Source of the DNA: Lytechinus pictus
Taxonomy: Eukaryota
Length of the DNA stretch: 64,000 nt
NCBI RefSeq assembly: GCF_037042905.1
Contig: NC_087245.1
Coordinates: forward strand, 28,088,001 to 28,152,000
Direction of reading: 5' to 3'
The position numbers and the translations under genes are program-made. Positions 37,070 through 50,195 of this stretch are shown here, piece after piece; position 1 is the stretch's first letter; each line of letters begins with the position of its first letter. Under the pieces are notes generated by a model. The model was not told the origin of the DNA. It saw nothing but the letters and a program-made list of their open reading frames with translations, and did no database searches.

Positions 37070-37337
37070 CAGTGGCGTAATGAGCCAAAAAAATTGAGGG
37101 GGCTCGATATGACGTATCGCGTAAAATTAATAAAAAGTTGCAAGCGAGCGAGCAAATATTTCGCCTTTTTATTACAAAAATTTTAGTTTGTGATAGATTT
37201 GACATAATATTCTGAAAACAATATCATATTTCACCCTTATCCCTTTCCTTTTCTCTTTTTTTTTCTTGGTCGGGATTTTTTTTTTGGGGGGGGGCAAGAG
37301 TCCCCCCCCCCCCCCCCCCCCCATCTGTACGCCCATG
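37070..37337 (+). mobile_element. hAT-type MITE, same family as 36508-36848, opposite orientation
   Basis: Ends CAGTGGCGTAATGAGCCAAAA / GTACGCCCATG. TSD gtcttgat/gtcctgat (7/8 identical). Confidence 0.8.
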
Positions 37338-40151
37338 GTCCTGATTATCTATATAGGAATACATCACCATTCCTAATCAAAATTTAGAAGAAAAAAAAGA
37401 GCTGAAGATATCATACATAATCATGAGCAACATGCTTTAGTTGTGAACCGACTGCTTCGCTGTCATTTCGATGGCAGTGTGAACACCCCGGTGCATTTCA
37501 GAGGTTGTCAGTATAGAGTGCATTAATTAATTGGAATAGATAAACGTAGTTGTTCGTTTTATCCAAACAGAAGTCAACAATGTCGGTAAACTGATGCTGG
37601 ATATGCCTTGCCTGCCTTCCCCAACTTTTGCACTCAAGACTTGCCATGTGTGAGAGCGAACGCTGCATTAATAGATGTATGACTCATCGATAATTCCACG
37701 TCTTACCTGCATACACTGGCGAATATAATTATGAATGCTATTTCTGTTTGCATTCGGCTAGCTTGGAGCTATGGGGTAGTACGACCGAGTTATACCAATT
37801 TACCCACGATTCGAAAGTTTGAATAATATAGTTTGCAGAGCACCATGCAGCGTGTGATAATACAAGGCATTCTTTCACCCCCGACAACAGAAAATGCAAT
37901 TATTCATTATTCCACGAATAGGTGACCTTTGTATTGTGTGTTTTTGAAGTCAAAGACGTTGAGTTCATAAAGTAATAATGCCTTTTGATAATAATTCAAT
38001 TCAAGTAAATGATCCATTAGGTAACAGAGTGTACGCATGATGGAGATAGAGCTATGCCTTATGCTACTGAGTGTCGTATAATCATTATTATGAGCCAAAC
38101 GGTAATTAGAGGAATATTAACATCGGGATAACGAGAGTTATTAACCCCCAGAGTAAAGCTTTGCTGAGTGATAAGAGCGTATACCAGGGATTGTCCCTAA
38201 TAATTTATGTAGTTATGCTGCACACCTCTGCCAAGTATTATAGTTGCACACACAAAATGTCTTTATTTTTTATAAGGAATGACTTAATGGATATTTGCTG
38301 TTGAATGTGTACATTTACGAGAGTATGCAGAGAAGGGAGATTAATTATTGATTTTTATGAACTAATTACTTTGTATATTTTTTCTATTATGTACACATAC
38401 ATTTTGTAATTCTCGCTTTCGGTTTGCCAGGCTGTGGATTAAAAAAAAAAATTCCTTGTAAATTTCATAAAAGTCCTAAGTTGACAGTTAGGGTTTATAT
38501 CCTGAACTCGGTTCCCATCCCTCGCACCCAACTAATTTGCTCTGGGTACATAGTGCTAACTCAGTTAGAATTCGGCTTCTTTGCTGTAATAATCACCGGG
38601 CCAATTCGTAACAAGATTTCCCCCACACAGAAATCATAGCAAACAAACCCGGTAATTAGCTCTAATAGGCCCTCTTGTTAGCCCATATTCCCCTTCAATA
38701 ATTGCATTTCCTGGCCTTGAATACACCAAGTCCAGTGGAAATAAAAAGACGCATCCTCCTTCCAACTTTGCATCATTGATTTTGTGTCATCGCTGGTCTT
38801 CGTTCCATTCGGTAAGGTTTATCACTGTCGTATGCAAGGGTTTAATTTCTGGTCTGAGGTGGCCTCTCTGGGGTCAAATGGATTGATCTTTCGTTCAGGG
38901 GGTATAGGCCTTTAATTTGATATTAATTCATTCGAAATTATTGGCTTGGTTCACTCAAATAGAGACGGAATATTGTTTTCTGTTTACATCTGGAATGGAG
39001 ACTAGAATCTTGAGAGCGAATGAAGTTGTCGATTGACTCTTGGAGGGGAAGTACACAAATACACGATGACGTCACCATGATGGAATGTTGGTGGTCACAG
39101 TCTCCCGTCTCTTTTTTTTTTCGTCTCGATTGCTGGACTTGAAATCTTCTGAAGATGTAGATGCCTTTTCGTAGACGCGATGCCGTGGTTTTGGAAAGTA
39201 ATCTTAGAGATTACCCTAAAAGCGTATCCGAATTAATACTTACATAGTATATCTGTCTTGTCTATACATAGGCCTAAATAGATGTCGTAAGATATCCCTG
39301 TGGAATTTTCACCATGGTTACGGTGTTTCATCTTGATAAAGTTACTTCGCTGTAGATTCGTATCTACGTCATGTCATTAACACGAATATGTAGGCCTATA
39401 TTCCCAACTCGTAAAAATGTCATTTCTAAAGCTATATAGCGGGAAACTGAATAGGCTTGCTGTCTTAATCAATTCAAAGTTTACGATTGGTTTCTCGAAC
39501 GGGTAAAAAGTAGTAAATGTTTTTAGGCCAATAGAAAAGAGAAAGAATTGAGGCGTATATACTATACATACGGTCATTGGTTATATTATGTATTCAGGCC
39601 ACTCCCTACGTCATCAATGCGGGAAACCCGATGTATTTGTGCTATTCTTAGAATGAACAGAAAGTAATGGTGTGTTAATGTATTAACTGGGGGTGGAAAA
39701 CGTGTTGGCGGAGTGATCAGTTTGGGTGAATCTCCGAAATCTCCCAAAAGTCATATTCTCTCGCAGAAGTGCCTATAGTATTGCAAAGGAAAGCTATTAA
39801 TATGTATAGAGGTTGTGTGTATCGTGGAAATAATGCAAGATTTTCTGAAAAGATAGCGTTTTATTGTGTTTGAACATGGAAACGAAAACGTCACAGATGA
39901 CGTTCGTGTTATTTCTGTCAAAAGTCTGTTGTTAGAATGAAAAGGGATATGTTTAGTTATTGTTGGCACGAACGGAAACTGATTGGTAAATTATTACACA
40001 GATGTTAAATTAATGACATGTCACCCTTTTAAGGCCAAGCACCCACCGCACACCTTACGATTGGCATACGACCCGAATTTCGAAGAAAAAAATGTTATAA
40101 AAATGATGAGAAGATTTAATAAATCTTAAATACCGGTACAATATATCCAGA

Positions 40152-40248
40152 AATACATTCATATTGCCTTATTACATTCTTATTACATTTATATTGCCTT
40201 ATTACATTCATATTGCCTTATTATGCATTCGTGTTGCCTTATTACACT
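40152..40248. repeat. Minisatellite, ~19-bp unit (attacattcatattgcctt), about 4-5 copies
   Basis: Direct reading. Confidence 0.8.
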
Positions 40249-42227
40249 TTGCGGAAATTAATTTTAATCTCCCGTCTGACATTTTTGAAAGACGTCACCA
40301 TCACAAGTCATGTTTATTCAAAATTAATCATTCCTTTTTTGTGATACCCAACACGCTTATATACAGATTGAGTGATAGTCGAAACTCGAAACATCATCTG
40401 ATTCTGAGAGATAGCTGAAACACCCTAGTCTAGCCGAAGTTGGGTAAATCTTCCAAAATGTCGGTCATTATTTCAACACGCTACTACCACGATAACATTA
40501 TATTACTGAGTATGATCTGAAATTGTTATGGTGTGGATAATATGAAATAGAAATGTGTTTTAGTGGATTTGTTTTGGCGGTTTTACCTAAAAATATTTTT
40601 GGTTGAGGTCCCAATCAAAATTAGGCACCCTTTTTTTTGTCTTTTTTGTATAAAACATTTTTTTTTTTTAGTTTGGGACATTCTGACAATTTCGAGATGA
40701 TATCTTTGTTTGTAGCTTTCAGATTTATAATCTTTAAATTTGTAAGATGATTAATCAAATCAGTCTTTAAAGAAAAATATTAAGACTTTACTGAAAGCGC
40801 TAAAATATTCATCTGTGTAAAGAATCTTTTGGTAAAAAAAAAACGAACTGCACTCCACTTTGTAAGATTGGAATGCTAGATGATACTCCAATATGACTCA
40901 ATTTACTGAACATTTATCAAAGCTTTTTAAGGCTATAAATCTGTCCATATACATAACAATCTTTTATATTTCCCTGCATTTTGTTTACAGTGATATGATG
41001 TGAAATAGCAATCTGTTCACGATATAACACATGAAGGGTATATATATAATGAGCGTTTATGGGGTCAATCTTTTGATCTTTTCAGCCTATAATTTTCACC
41101 CTGCCCTGCCTGTAGATCCAGTTCCAAACTCCATCATTCATAATTGATATGTCTAATCATCACATGAGCTTATGACTGTACACTTCTGTCTAATACATGA
41201 CACGCATGAGCGTGGTTGGTCAATTAGCAGTCTTTTATCTATGGAATCTCATTAGGTCATTGTTTGTATTCAATTATTAATCAGCAGACAGCGACACAGG
41301 TCATACAGGAAGCAATGTGTTTGCTCTGTATCTTCCAAGAAAATAAATGATTCTAACCAGGTCCTGGTGCTCGCATGAATTCTTAGCCCGACATATTGCA
41401 AGGGACGTGAAAAAGGGGATTTGTTTCCTAAGACCAAAGAGTTCTCCTTGACAAAACTGATCATAATCGTTATGCATAAGTCTATGAGCGACTGAGGTAT
41501 GAAGTGCCAACAGAGAGCCCATTAGGCCTGTCATACTCGTCTCTAAAGTCATGATTTAACTTTGGACCCTAACCCCTATCCCAATAGATGCATTTTTTTT
41601 ACCGGTTATTTTTTTAAAGCATGATCTGTTTTGACGTTTTAGCAGGATACATGGTCTATTCTTGAATGTTTTTTCCAGAAACTATTCCCTGGCGGCATGG
41701 TGTATTAATTCGTATCCAACTTGCATCATACAGGCGAGTGAGGCGATCGCACGATTTTTCAATTATTAGGCCTATTATAATGGTCAGTATATCAGGGCAT
41801 TCGATAAGTTCCCAAAGTATGGTACAGATAATGTCCAAGGACGCCTAATCTCGACACACAGTTTTCATCTCTGTTAATTTTATTTTTTCTGGCATTTATG
41901 ATGTATATCCCTATGTTCCGTTTTGATTACAAGTCCTTGTCATGTCTGATTATAGACTAATGGACAGGAAACATATGATGGCCCGGGTGACGGTGACTCA
42001 ATGAGCTAGCTTGCATTCACAGAATTTTTATCAGTCATATTGTGTCTCATCCCCGGGTCTCATCAGTCCAAAGTTGAAACTAACATTTAGGGGTATGCCC
42101 CCTATAAGAAACCATACTAAACAGGGGCAAAGAATATGGTCCCACAGTCCTGTTAGAGCTTTGCTCATAGTATCCCATTTGAGTGTGTGTGTGTTTGTTT
42201 GTATACATATATTCACCTTCCTTCTTA

Positions 42228-42394
42228 TACATTGGTCACATTTGCTCTACGGCGGCCGTACGGCGAGTCGAAAACCGCCGTTTTAACATCTTTTGTACCA
42301 ACTACTGTACATATACGTGGTTTGAATTAAAATTAATAAAACGGCTGTTTTCGACTCGCCGTACGGCCGCCGTAGAGCAAATGTGACCAAGGTA
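42228..42394. mobile_element. Young palindromic PIF/Harbinger (Tourist-like) MITE, 167 bp
   Basis: ~55-bp near-perfect GC-rich TIRs (ttggtcacatttgctctacggcggccgtacggcgagtcgaaaa). TTA on both flanks (42225-42227 and 42395-42397). Confidence 0.88.
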
Positions 42395-45300
42395 TTACCA
42401 GTGGCAATCCGAATATATGCCTGACCAATGGGGGGGGGGGGTGACCACACCATTCGAAGTGTTTGCAACGCACACCCCATCCTGGAGCCTCAAATTGTTC
42501 TCTTCATGCAAAGGATCTTTTTGCCAAAAAAACATTCCAACACATCTCTTAGCAAAGACCTGTTTACATGGTTTAACCTTTTTTGAGCTACAAAATAAAA
42601 TTTTCTCGTCCCTTTATAAGAGCCTAATAAAAATGATTCTTGTGAGACCCGTGTGTTAAAATTACTCTTCTATTGTACCTGAACATTACCGAGGGCATCC
42701 CCACTGTCATCAGTGTCCTCCCATTCCGGAAATAATTTTGCAGGAGGTCCGGAATGGGGAGGGGGCTGCATTTCGTGACTTATAAAATGTAAATGAATGT
42801 GATGGATGCTCATGATGGCATCATCCATCGAAAAAAGCAGTAGGGATCCATTTTAGTGCCAGACAGTGTTGACAAGATAGAGCTCGATCTTCCTGAAACA
42901 TTGTTAACATCAAAACATGACCCCCGCGTTAAAATTTGATTGATTTCCCCCTGTAATCTTTGTCATTTAGGGCCTGAATATGGAATGCGATATATATTCA
43001 TATCTTCTTTTCACACTCATTAATTTTCATTTAATTTTATTTTTCATTTTCTAATTTTTTGCTATTTAGATATATTTTTAAACACGCCACTTGAAAAGTC
43101 CTTGCCGATACCTGCGCATGCGTATCGAGCCGAGACTGGGCAATCGTGGTTATTTTGTTTGTATACATTTTATGAAAAGAATGGTATGATCGATTGACCA
43201 TGTAGCTGCAATACAGGATTTAGCATCAAACCCTTGATCGACTATGCGTGAAAGTTTTTAATATGTTTAACTACCGGGAGATGTTTCATCATGGATCTTC
43301 AAACTAAAAATAAAATGAGCTAGACCCCTGGGATTGGAAATCTTCAGATCCTTCAATATTTGCCACGAGCCCGTAGCATATTATAGTGTAGTTTTACCAT
43401 TTTTGATGAATGTGGGAAGTTTCAAATAAATATAAATATTACTTATGGTAGCCACGTTGTAAGCAGTTTTCCCGTTGGATGTCTAAATCAGCGCATGCAC
43501 CCTTCATTCTTTCCATTCTGTTTCCTTTTCTTTCTCGTTTTCTTCGGTCTCCCGAGCTTTCTTGCACACCTCAAACACAAACCACATAGATCATCTCCTT
43601 ACCCTAATAAATTGAATTGAATCTCCTAAATGTATCATTTTCTACCCTTTCAAATGTCTGCTTACTCCCATTTCAAATAAGTTTAGAATGCACAGCTGTC
43701 AATGCTTGCAAGCATTTCCATTTCCAAACCACGCTGCCGGGCGCCAAATAATATTATTGATTTTACCCCTCCCCATGTCCGTTTCGCTCCCCTCAGGCCT
43801 ATAATTATGTTCATCCCTTTCCCGTTCCGGATACTCATGCACGATTCCTGGCTCTAAAACTGTAATCACCCCCCCCCCCCCCTCCATTTTAATACAACGC
43901 ACCCATTCCCTCTCAATCCGGGTACCCCCATGTACGATTTCAGGCTCTAAAATTGTAATTAGTTTTCTATATTAAAAACGCCTGCCGCCTGATTATAGGG
44001 AGCAAACACTCTTAGTTGCTCTCTAAGCAAACGTAGCGCGTATGACTCTTCTGGGATATCATTTTCAAGCAAAGGTGGACTAGTGCCAAAGATAATTAAT
44101 GTAATAATCGCATTCCATGCAAACCAATAATTCGGCTTCTTTCTATGTTATCAGCCTGTACTAGTAAATTGTTTATACCCCCAATCATCAGAAAATTCTT
44201 GGGTCATAAACTGTACCCCCATTATTTTTCCGCGATATGATTGATCATCCGTATTGGCCAAAAGGCGGATATAGAAGGAGGCCTTGGTCAGGGGTACAAT
44301 AGGGCTTGTTTGTCATCTGTCCACAGATCTAGTACCGATACAGAGTAAGAAAACCTATCTGTCCCTTTTCATTTTATATTTGTTTTGCCTTGTTTGTGAA
44401 AAGGAAGAGAAATGATTCATTTTGTTTAATACAGAATACATCTGATTTGGGGAAAACTTTATTACATTTATCACATTATTTTAGAAGCGCGAGTCGTAGA
44501 CTCATTTCTTATAGCAAAAGGTATAAGCGTATATATGTTCAGATCGCATAGGGAAGATGCATATCTTTTTTGTGGGGTATGTGTTTGATTCTCACATCTT
44601 AACGTGTGTCAATGCGAGAAGGTTCCATTAGACCTTAAACCTCCTTGGTCAAAGCAGCAAGATGCATTGTCACGATTACGATGCGCGTACTAATTAATTA
44701 ATAAGTCCAAAATTTACATTGGGATCCAAGTTCCGGCGGAATGACGGAAAGAGTGTAGATGGGGGAGGGGTCAGGAGATGCTCTTTATCTTTAAGATGCC
44801 TTGTCATCTTCATCTATAGACCTATGTCCACGATGCCAGTGACATAGCGTTGTGTCCAAATCCTTCGCTAATTGAACCACATCCGCCCTTTATTCAAACA
44901 GAGAGTAATGAACCTACCTCACTAATTAGATTCCCAAATGACTTCTTATTTTCTCCAAGGTGCCATTAGGATACCTTTGTTTAGTTCAAGGAGCGTCATC
45001 TATAAGCATGTCCAATTCTTGTACCATTCAAATGCGTGCAGATATTGCAGTTTTCTGATTCGTCAAGTACATCGATGAGCGTTATGAGCGTTATCATGGA
45101 CGAAGTCCTATTGTAACGATGATAGAGTGTGGAAGAAATTCTGATATTCCAAAATCTATATTTTTCTTTTTCTTGGCTTGTGTCCCCCCCCCCCCCCCCC
45201 CATTCTTACTGCAGAATTCAGGTTGGCGAAAACACGTATACACACGCAGATAATACAATTTAGAGCATTTCAGACCAATTCAGACACAAAGTGCTGTTTC

Positions 45301-46535
45301 ATCAGCATGCAAAGTTCGAAGATTTATCTCTCCGATAAAAGCAACATAAAACTTTGTGAATTTGTTGGCAACATGAGAAGGGTCAATCTATTACGGGGAG
45401 AATAACGGCACGCGACACCCGTGCCTGTCCCTCTAGAAAACAGCTGCATACCTCTACCAATTTCAAGATGTACGTCACCATGTCAGAGCCTATTAAGAAT
45501 CGTTTAGAACTATGCCAAGCACACATCGTTTTGTCTTGGACGGTCCTGATGAAAAAGATGATCTATATGTTTTGCTTACCATCACAATGTGAAAAAAAAA
45601 TACAATTTTGATGAGTCAAATTTTATCATAACAATTTTTTTGGTGATAAATTAGAGAAAAAATAGTAATATGGTATATATTATTCAATGGGACAAATTCA
45701 CAACCCTTTTGGGCCCAGGCATCGGAACCCCCTCCCCGTATATATACACACACGCAGGCACGCACACAAATAAAAAGATAAATAGATTAGAATATGATGC
45801 CCGTATATATTGTATTCAGCAATTTAAATTCCTCTGGTCTTTGACGGCACATGCAGCTAATTAAGGCAAATATCACCGAGTTGATTGTGATTGTTTCGTC
45901 GCAGAAATCTGGGATATCGGTGAAGTTTTAAAGTGTTTTACTACATTAAGCATGAGGAGTTGGGGGAACGGAACACTCTGTAATTCACCATCAGCTTATT
46001 TTCGCCTTCCTGTGTGATTAGAGGTCCTCCTTCTCCACATCTATTAATAAGACTTTGAATTTCTAGTGCTTATCACATGCTCAAAAGCTTACGAGTGGGA
46101 CTATACTCGGGCTAATATGGCTAACTGGAGGAAAATCGGATCTTCTGCAGAGGTTTTCAGGAAAGAAGTAAAGCCGCAGAGTATAAGAGTAGATTATCAA
46201 GTTAAACTTAACATGTCTTGCAGAGTATTAGCTATAAGGGGCCAAGGATTAGAAGTGAAAACGGTAGCTTTCTGCAAGCCATCTTCTCTCTCCCTAGTAT
46301 AAATGCAATTTGTCTGCGCGCTTGCACTATTTTCATCCCTCGTGTTTTTTTTAACTTCAGCATGTCACAGAAGTTCTCATTTCATCCCGATGAATTGCTA
46401 TAATGAAAATGAAAACAGTGACAAAGACGTAAAATCAGATACCAGTACAATACAGAAACGTTCAAAAACTAATCCAACTTTCACGTCGAATGGATCGGTG
46501 TTTTCAGTAGGTGTAGTTATGAATATGATTTTTTT

Positions 46536-46889
46536 TTCATTTTCTGACAACCATTTTCTTTTCAAATGAAGATTGTATCACAATTTTCCCACAATTACAT
46601 GTGCTTGTGTTTCCTCTCGGGAACATGACTGTTACCAGGCATGTTTGTCAGTCCTACTTGATTTCGTGAAATAGACCAGCAATTAAAATTAAGTGTTTGA
46701 AAGTCGGAATATTCATTCTCTGACAACCATTGCCTTTTCAAATGAAGATTGTATCACAATGTTCCCAAAATTACATGTACATGTGTTCCTCTTTGGAAAT
46801 AGATGATTTGTTACCAGGCATGTTTGTTAGTCCTACTTGATTTCGTGAAATAGACCAGCAATTAAAATAAAGTGTTTGAAAGTCGGAAT
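46536..46889. repeat. Local tandem duplication, 2 x ~177 bp
   Basis: ttcatt(t/c)tctgacaaccatt...aagtgtttgaaagtcggaat occurs at 46536-46710 and 46712-46889 with scattered differences. Confidence 0.9.
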
Positions 46890-49800
46890 GCTGTTTATAT
46901 GTATAATATTAAGTTTCTCACCACGATATTAAGACTTGCTTTAGGATCCACAAATGAAAGATCTTGGATCATTAGGTCTATGCTTTTGTTTATAATGTCA
47001 GGTAGATTAAGATGATCGAACATGGTATGAAAGAGGTTGATATCCACGGAAGATTGAATAGTTTCTTGGATATCGCATGCCACATGATGTGGAACCCCCT
47101 GAAATCCCCATCACTTTTTGATCGCATTGAAAATATTTCCCCGACATCCCTCTGAAAATGAGGATTGGCTTTTTTTTATGTGGATGAAGGCAACTTTAGA
47201 CGGCTACAAGAAAGCCTGCCCATAGTATAATGGCCAACTGCTATTAGACATGTTAGAGAGCTTTAGTTGCAACAGCTATGGGATTCTCGTCTGGAAAACC
47301 CCGAAGAATGGTCGCATAGCATTGTCATCTCTTTGTCATATTTATTCATTCGTGGTTCCTGTTTTTGTCCACATTCTTTGGCAGGCAGTACACTATTCAA
47401 ACGTTAAACCACCAAATATCACACAATATATTTCGTGTTTACCTGTCGCATAAAAGAGTTATTTCGGGAAGCTGGCATGGAGAGAACAAGAGACTTGCAA
47501 CGGCGTCATGAATAGCGAGTTGCTTTTGCAGATCATCATCAGAAAATTATCAGTGCAAAGAGTGCTTTTAATATTGTTTGCTAATGGTACACTAGTTTGC
47601 TGTTTATCATGTCATTCAACACCCCCCCCCCCCCTAGTAGCCTCTCCTCTCTGAGAAATAGCGTTCGATGATTATCCCTTATTTTGAAATTAATGAATGG
47701 GAAAGCCCGGAAATACATGTAATGCCTTGTCGACAATACTAACCGTTAGGAATGTGCTGGAATAATAATGTTAAGTGGGGTTGTGGTATTTGTAAATCGG
47801 TCTCTAATAAACATTAAAATGATTATCATGATTACATAAAATAGGACCAAGCCAAATAGAGGAATGAACAATCATGTTTTTGTATCAATTCACTCTCTTT
47901 AATCTATATTTACCATGCATTTCAGTGAGAGAAACGGCGCCGCAAAGCATTGTGCAAGGTCGTCTTTGTATGTCTTCATGGCTTCACCACTTACAATTCC
48001 CTGATATGACAATGGAATACAGATAGAGAAAGGGTGCGATGTAAACGTGAAAGTCCCATCAATAGGGACTTTTCGCAATGCAACGGGGATGAGCCCAAGA
48101 ACAAAGCAATTGCATTGAAAATACCCTCACATGACCATGAACAGCTGTGAGGTCTTTGTCAAAAATTGGTGAACCATCAGAATAGTAATTTCGTCGTAAG
48201 TTTCTGAGCTTACGACAAATTGCGAATATGTCGTTTATCCAGAGTCATGGACGAAATTGCTGCTCTGATTCACCATCTCTCGACAAAGACTGCTTTGTTA
48301 TGGAGGGCGTTGTACAATACATTTTCTATGTTCCCGAATACGTCGTGCGCCTTGGTGGAGAAAACCCCGTGATGTTGAAACCATATCGCAGAAGACACCA
48401 GACCAGTCTATCTTCGTGAAAGCTTACTGATATCGTTTACCATTTCTTAGGTGGGAATGTAAAATTATCGTTGCATTTTGAGCATGGGCAGGTGGGTGTA
48501 ACTCCAGTCAATCATACTTAGTCCACATTAATATACGCTATTATGAGGTCACATTATACGGTCATTGTCGTTCTGTATTTTAGTGAAAGCATAACACGTA
48601 CAAAACTGAAACGATGTTAGACTGCTTCTTTCGATAGAATTGGACAAAGGTGCGCCGCTTTACTTTTTTTGGCAATTATCCGTCTGTACTTTATGTTTAC
48701 TCTTTTATAACCTTGATAAATACTCGCCAAGTGCACAAACATGACAAACGTGTTTATGTTTTCATGCCTCACACCTTGCTTCCTCTATTGACATCCCTTT
48801 AGAATGTTTTGAAAAGGTATGCCAATACATGAACGAGAAATATTGCAGAAGAAAAGGATATCAGTTTTTGCATCATTGGGTATTTAATCATACACGGATT
48901 GATGATCATGGTGATTTTCTCACCATTATGAATGTTCAATATGCCTTCAATTATTTTGGAAGTATTCGTCAAAATTATAACAATTATATCGACAATGTGG
49001 TAATCTTCTTTCTCAGCGGGTAGTTTCTGTAAACGTGTCTCACCACGTGTTTACCAATGTCTAACCATATCAATAAAGGAAGGAGGGAATTATTTCTTAT
49101 AATTAATATACATAGTCGTACCACGACCATGCGTTGGATCCGATGGCCGGAAGGTGCGGGCACACCCAGTATTAAAATTGCAACAACAAAAAGAAATAAA
49201 ATCTAAATTGGCTTCTGTCTGGTCTGAACCATGAACCTACTAGATGAATGCCTAAACCAGGTATATACCATGGACATGATGGAGGTCCAGAGGAAAGTCT
49301 AGACTGCGGACATACATGTATTAGTACGTCCAGACCAAGTCTATATACCAAAGCAGAATGGGATGTCGCCACATCATCGTCACAAAATGGAGTTACATGT
49401 ACCTCCATTGTGCAAGGGAATCGCTTAGAAGGATCCATGTCTACACAGAGGGCTCTGGTCCTCTCAACATGCCGACTGGTTCCCTGGTCTATCATGATCA
49501 TTTCTATATCTACAATTTCCAAGTCATAAGCATTGTAGCCTGACATATAGCTTGTTTAAGCCAGATAACTTGCGCAGACCAGGCACAAATATCCATCTCC
49601 CTGGTCTTGACCAAAGTTCTAATAGGTTCAATTTAGTGTACGAGATCATGGACCTACAAATAGGTCCAGGCTGAGGAGGTATACTTGTCTACTCTAAATC
49701 CAATGTTGTACATGCCGGGTGCAGTCCATGGCGCTCCAATCCTATAAAGTATTATCCTATACGTCACCATCGTCATGAACATGCTTTCTCTTTAGATGAC

Positions 49801-50089
49801 TGGGGGTACATCATTTTTATGTGTATTTTTGGTTTGGGTATAATACAGGAGTGTTGTCTCTTTATATGCAGCAGGAATCAGGAATTAAGTTTCCATGGTA
49901 CTTGATGTTCAGGATGATGTCATGCACAGTCATTTTCTCCCATCGATTTCAAAATTACCCCCTTGAATAAATCAAATTGATAAATTTGCGATTTCCGACC
50001 CCGACAACTTAATATGTGAAAAAAAGTGAAACTGTCGAACAGAGATGCCGTTGCAAATACAACACTTCTTTCTTCAAACAATGCTTCAG

Positions 50090-50195
50090 GGTATCATTTC
50101 ATGAAACAGTGAGTGATTGTAAATTCCTGTCTCTCATTGGCTCATAAAATAAGACTAAAAATAAGTCTGAGAATATTTGCTTCATGAAACACTCC
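50090..50195. mobile_element. Small degraded PIF/Harbinger-like MITE
   Basis: cag-GGTATCATTTCATGAAAC ... GCTTCATGAAACACTCC-cag. TIR core shared with the 57134 and 61461 copies. Confidence 0.55.

Noticed and set aside
49172..49720. ORFs 49172..49546 (-) and 49248..49529 (+) as an exon
   Set aside because: No recognisable domain and no convincing splice sites. Recurrent ggtcc/ggacc/agacc motifs suggest a degraded non-autonomous element.
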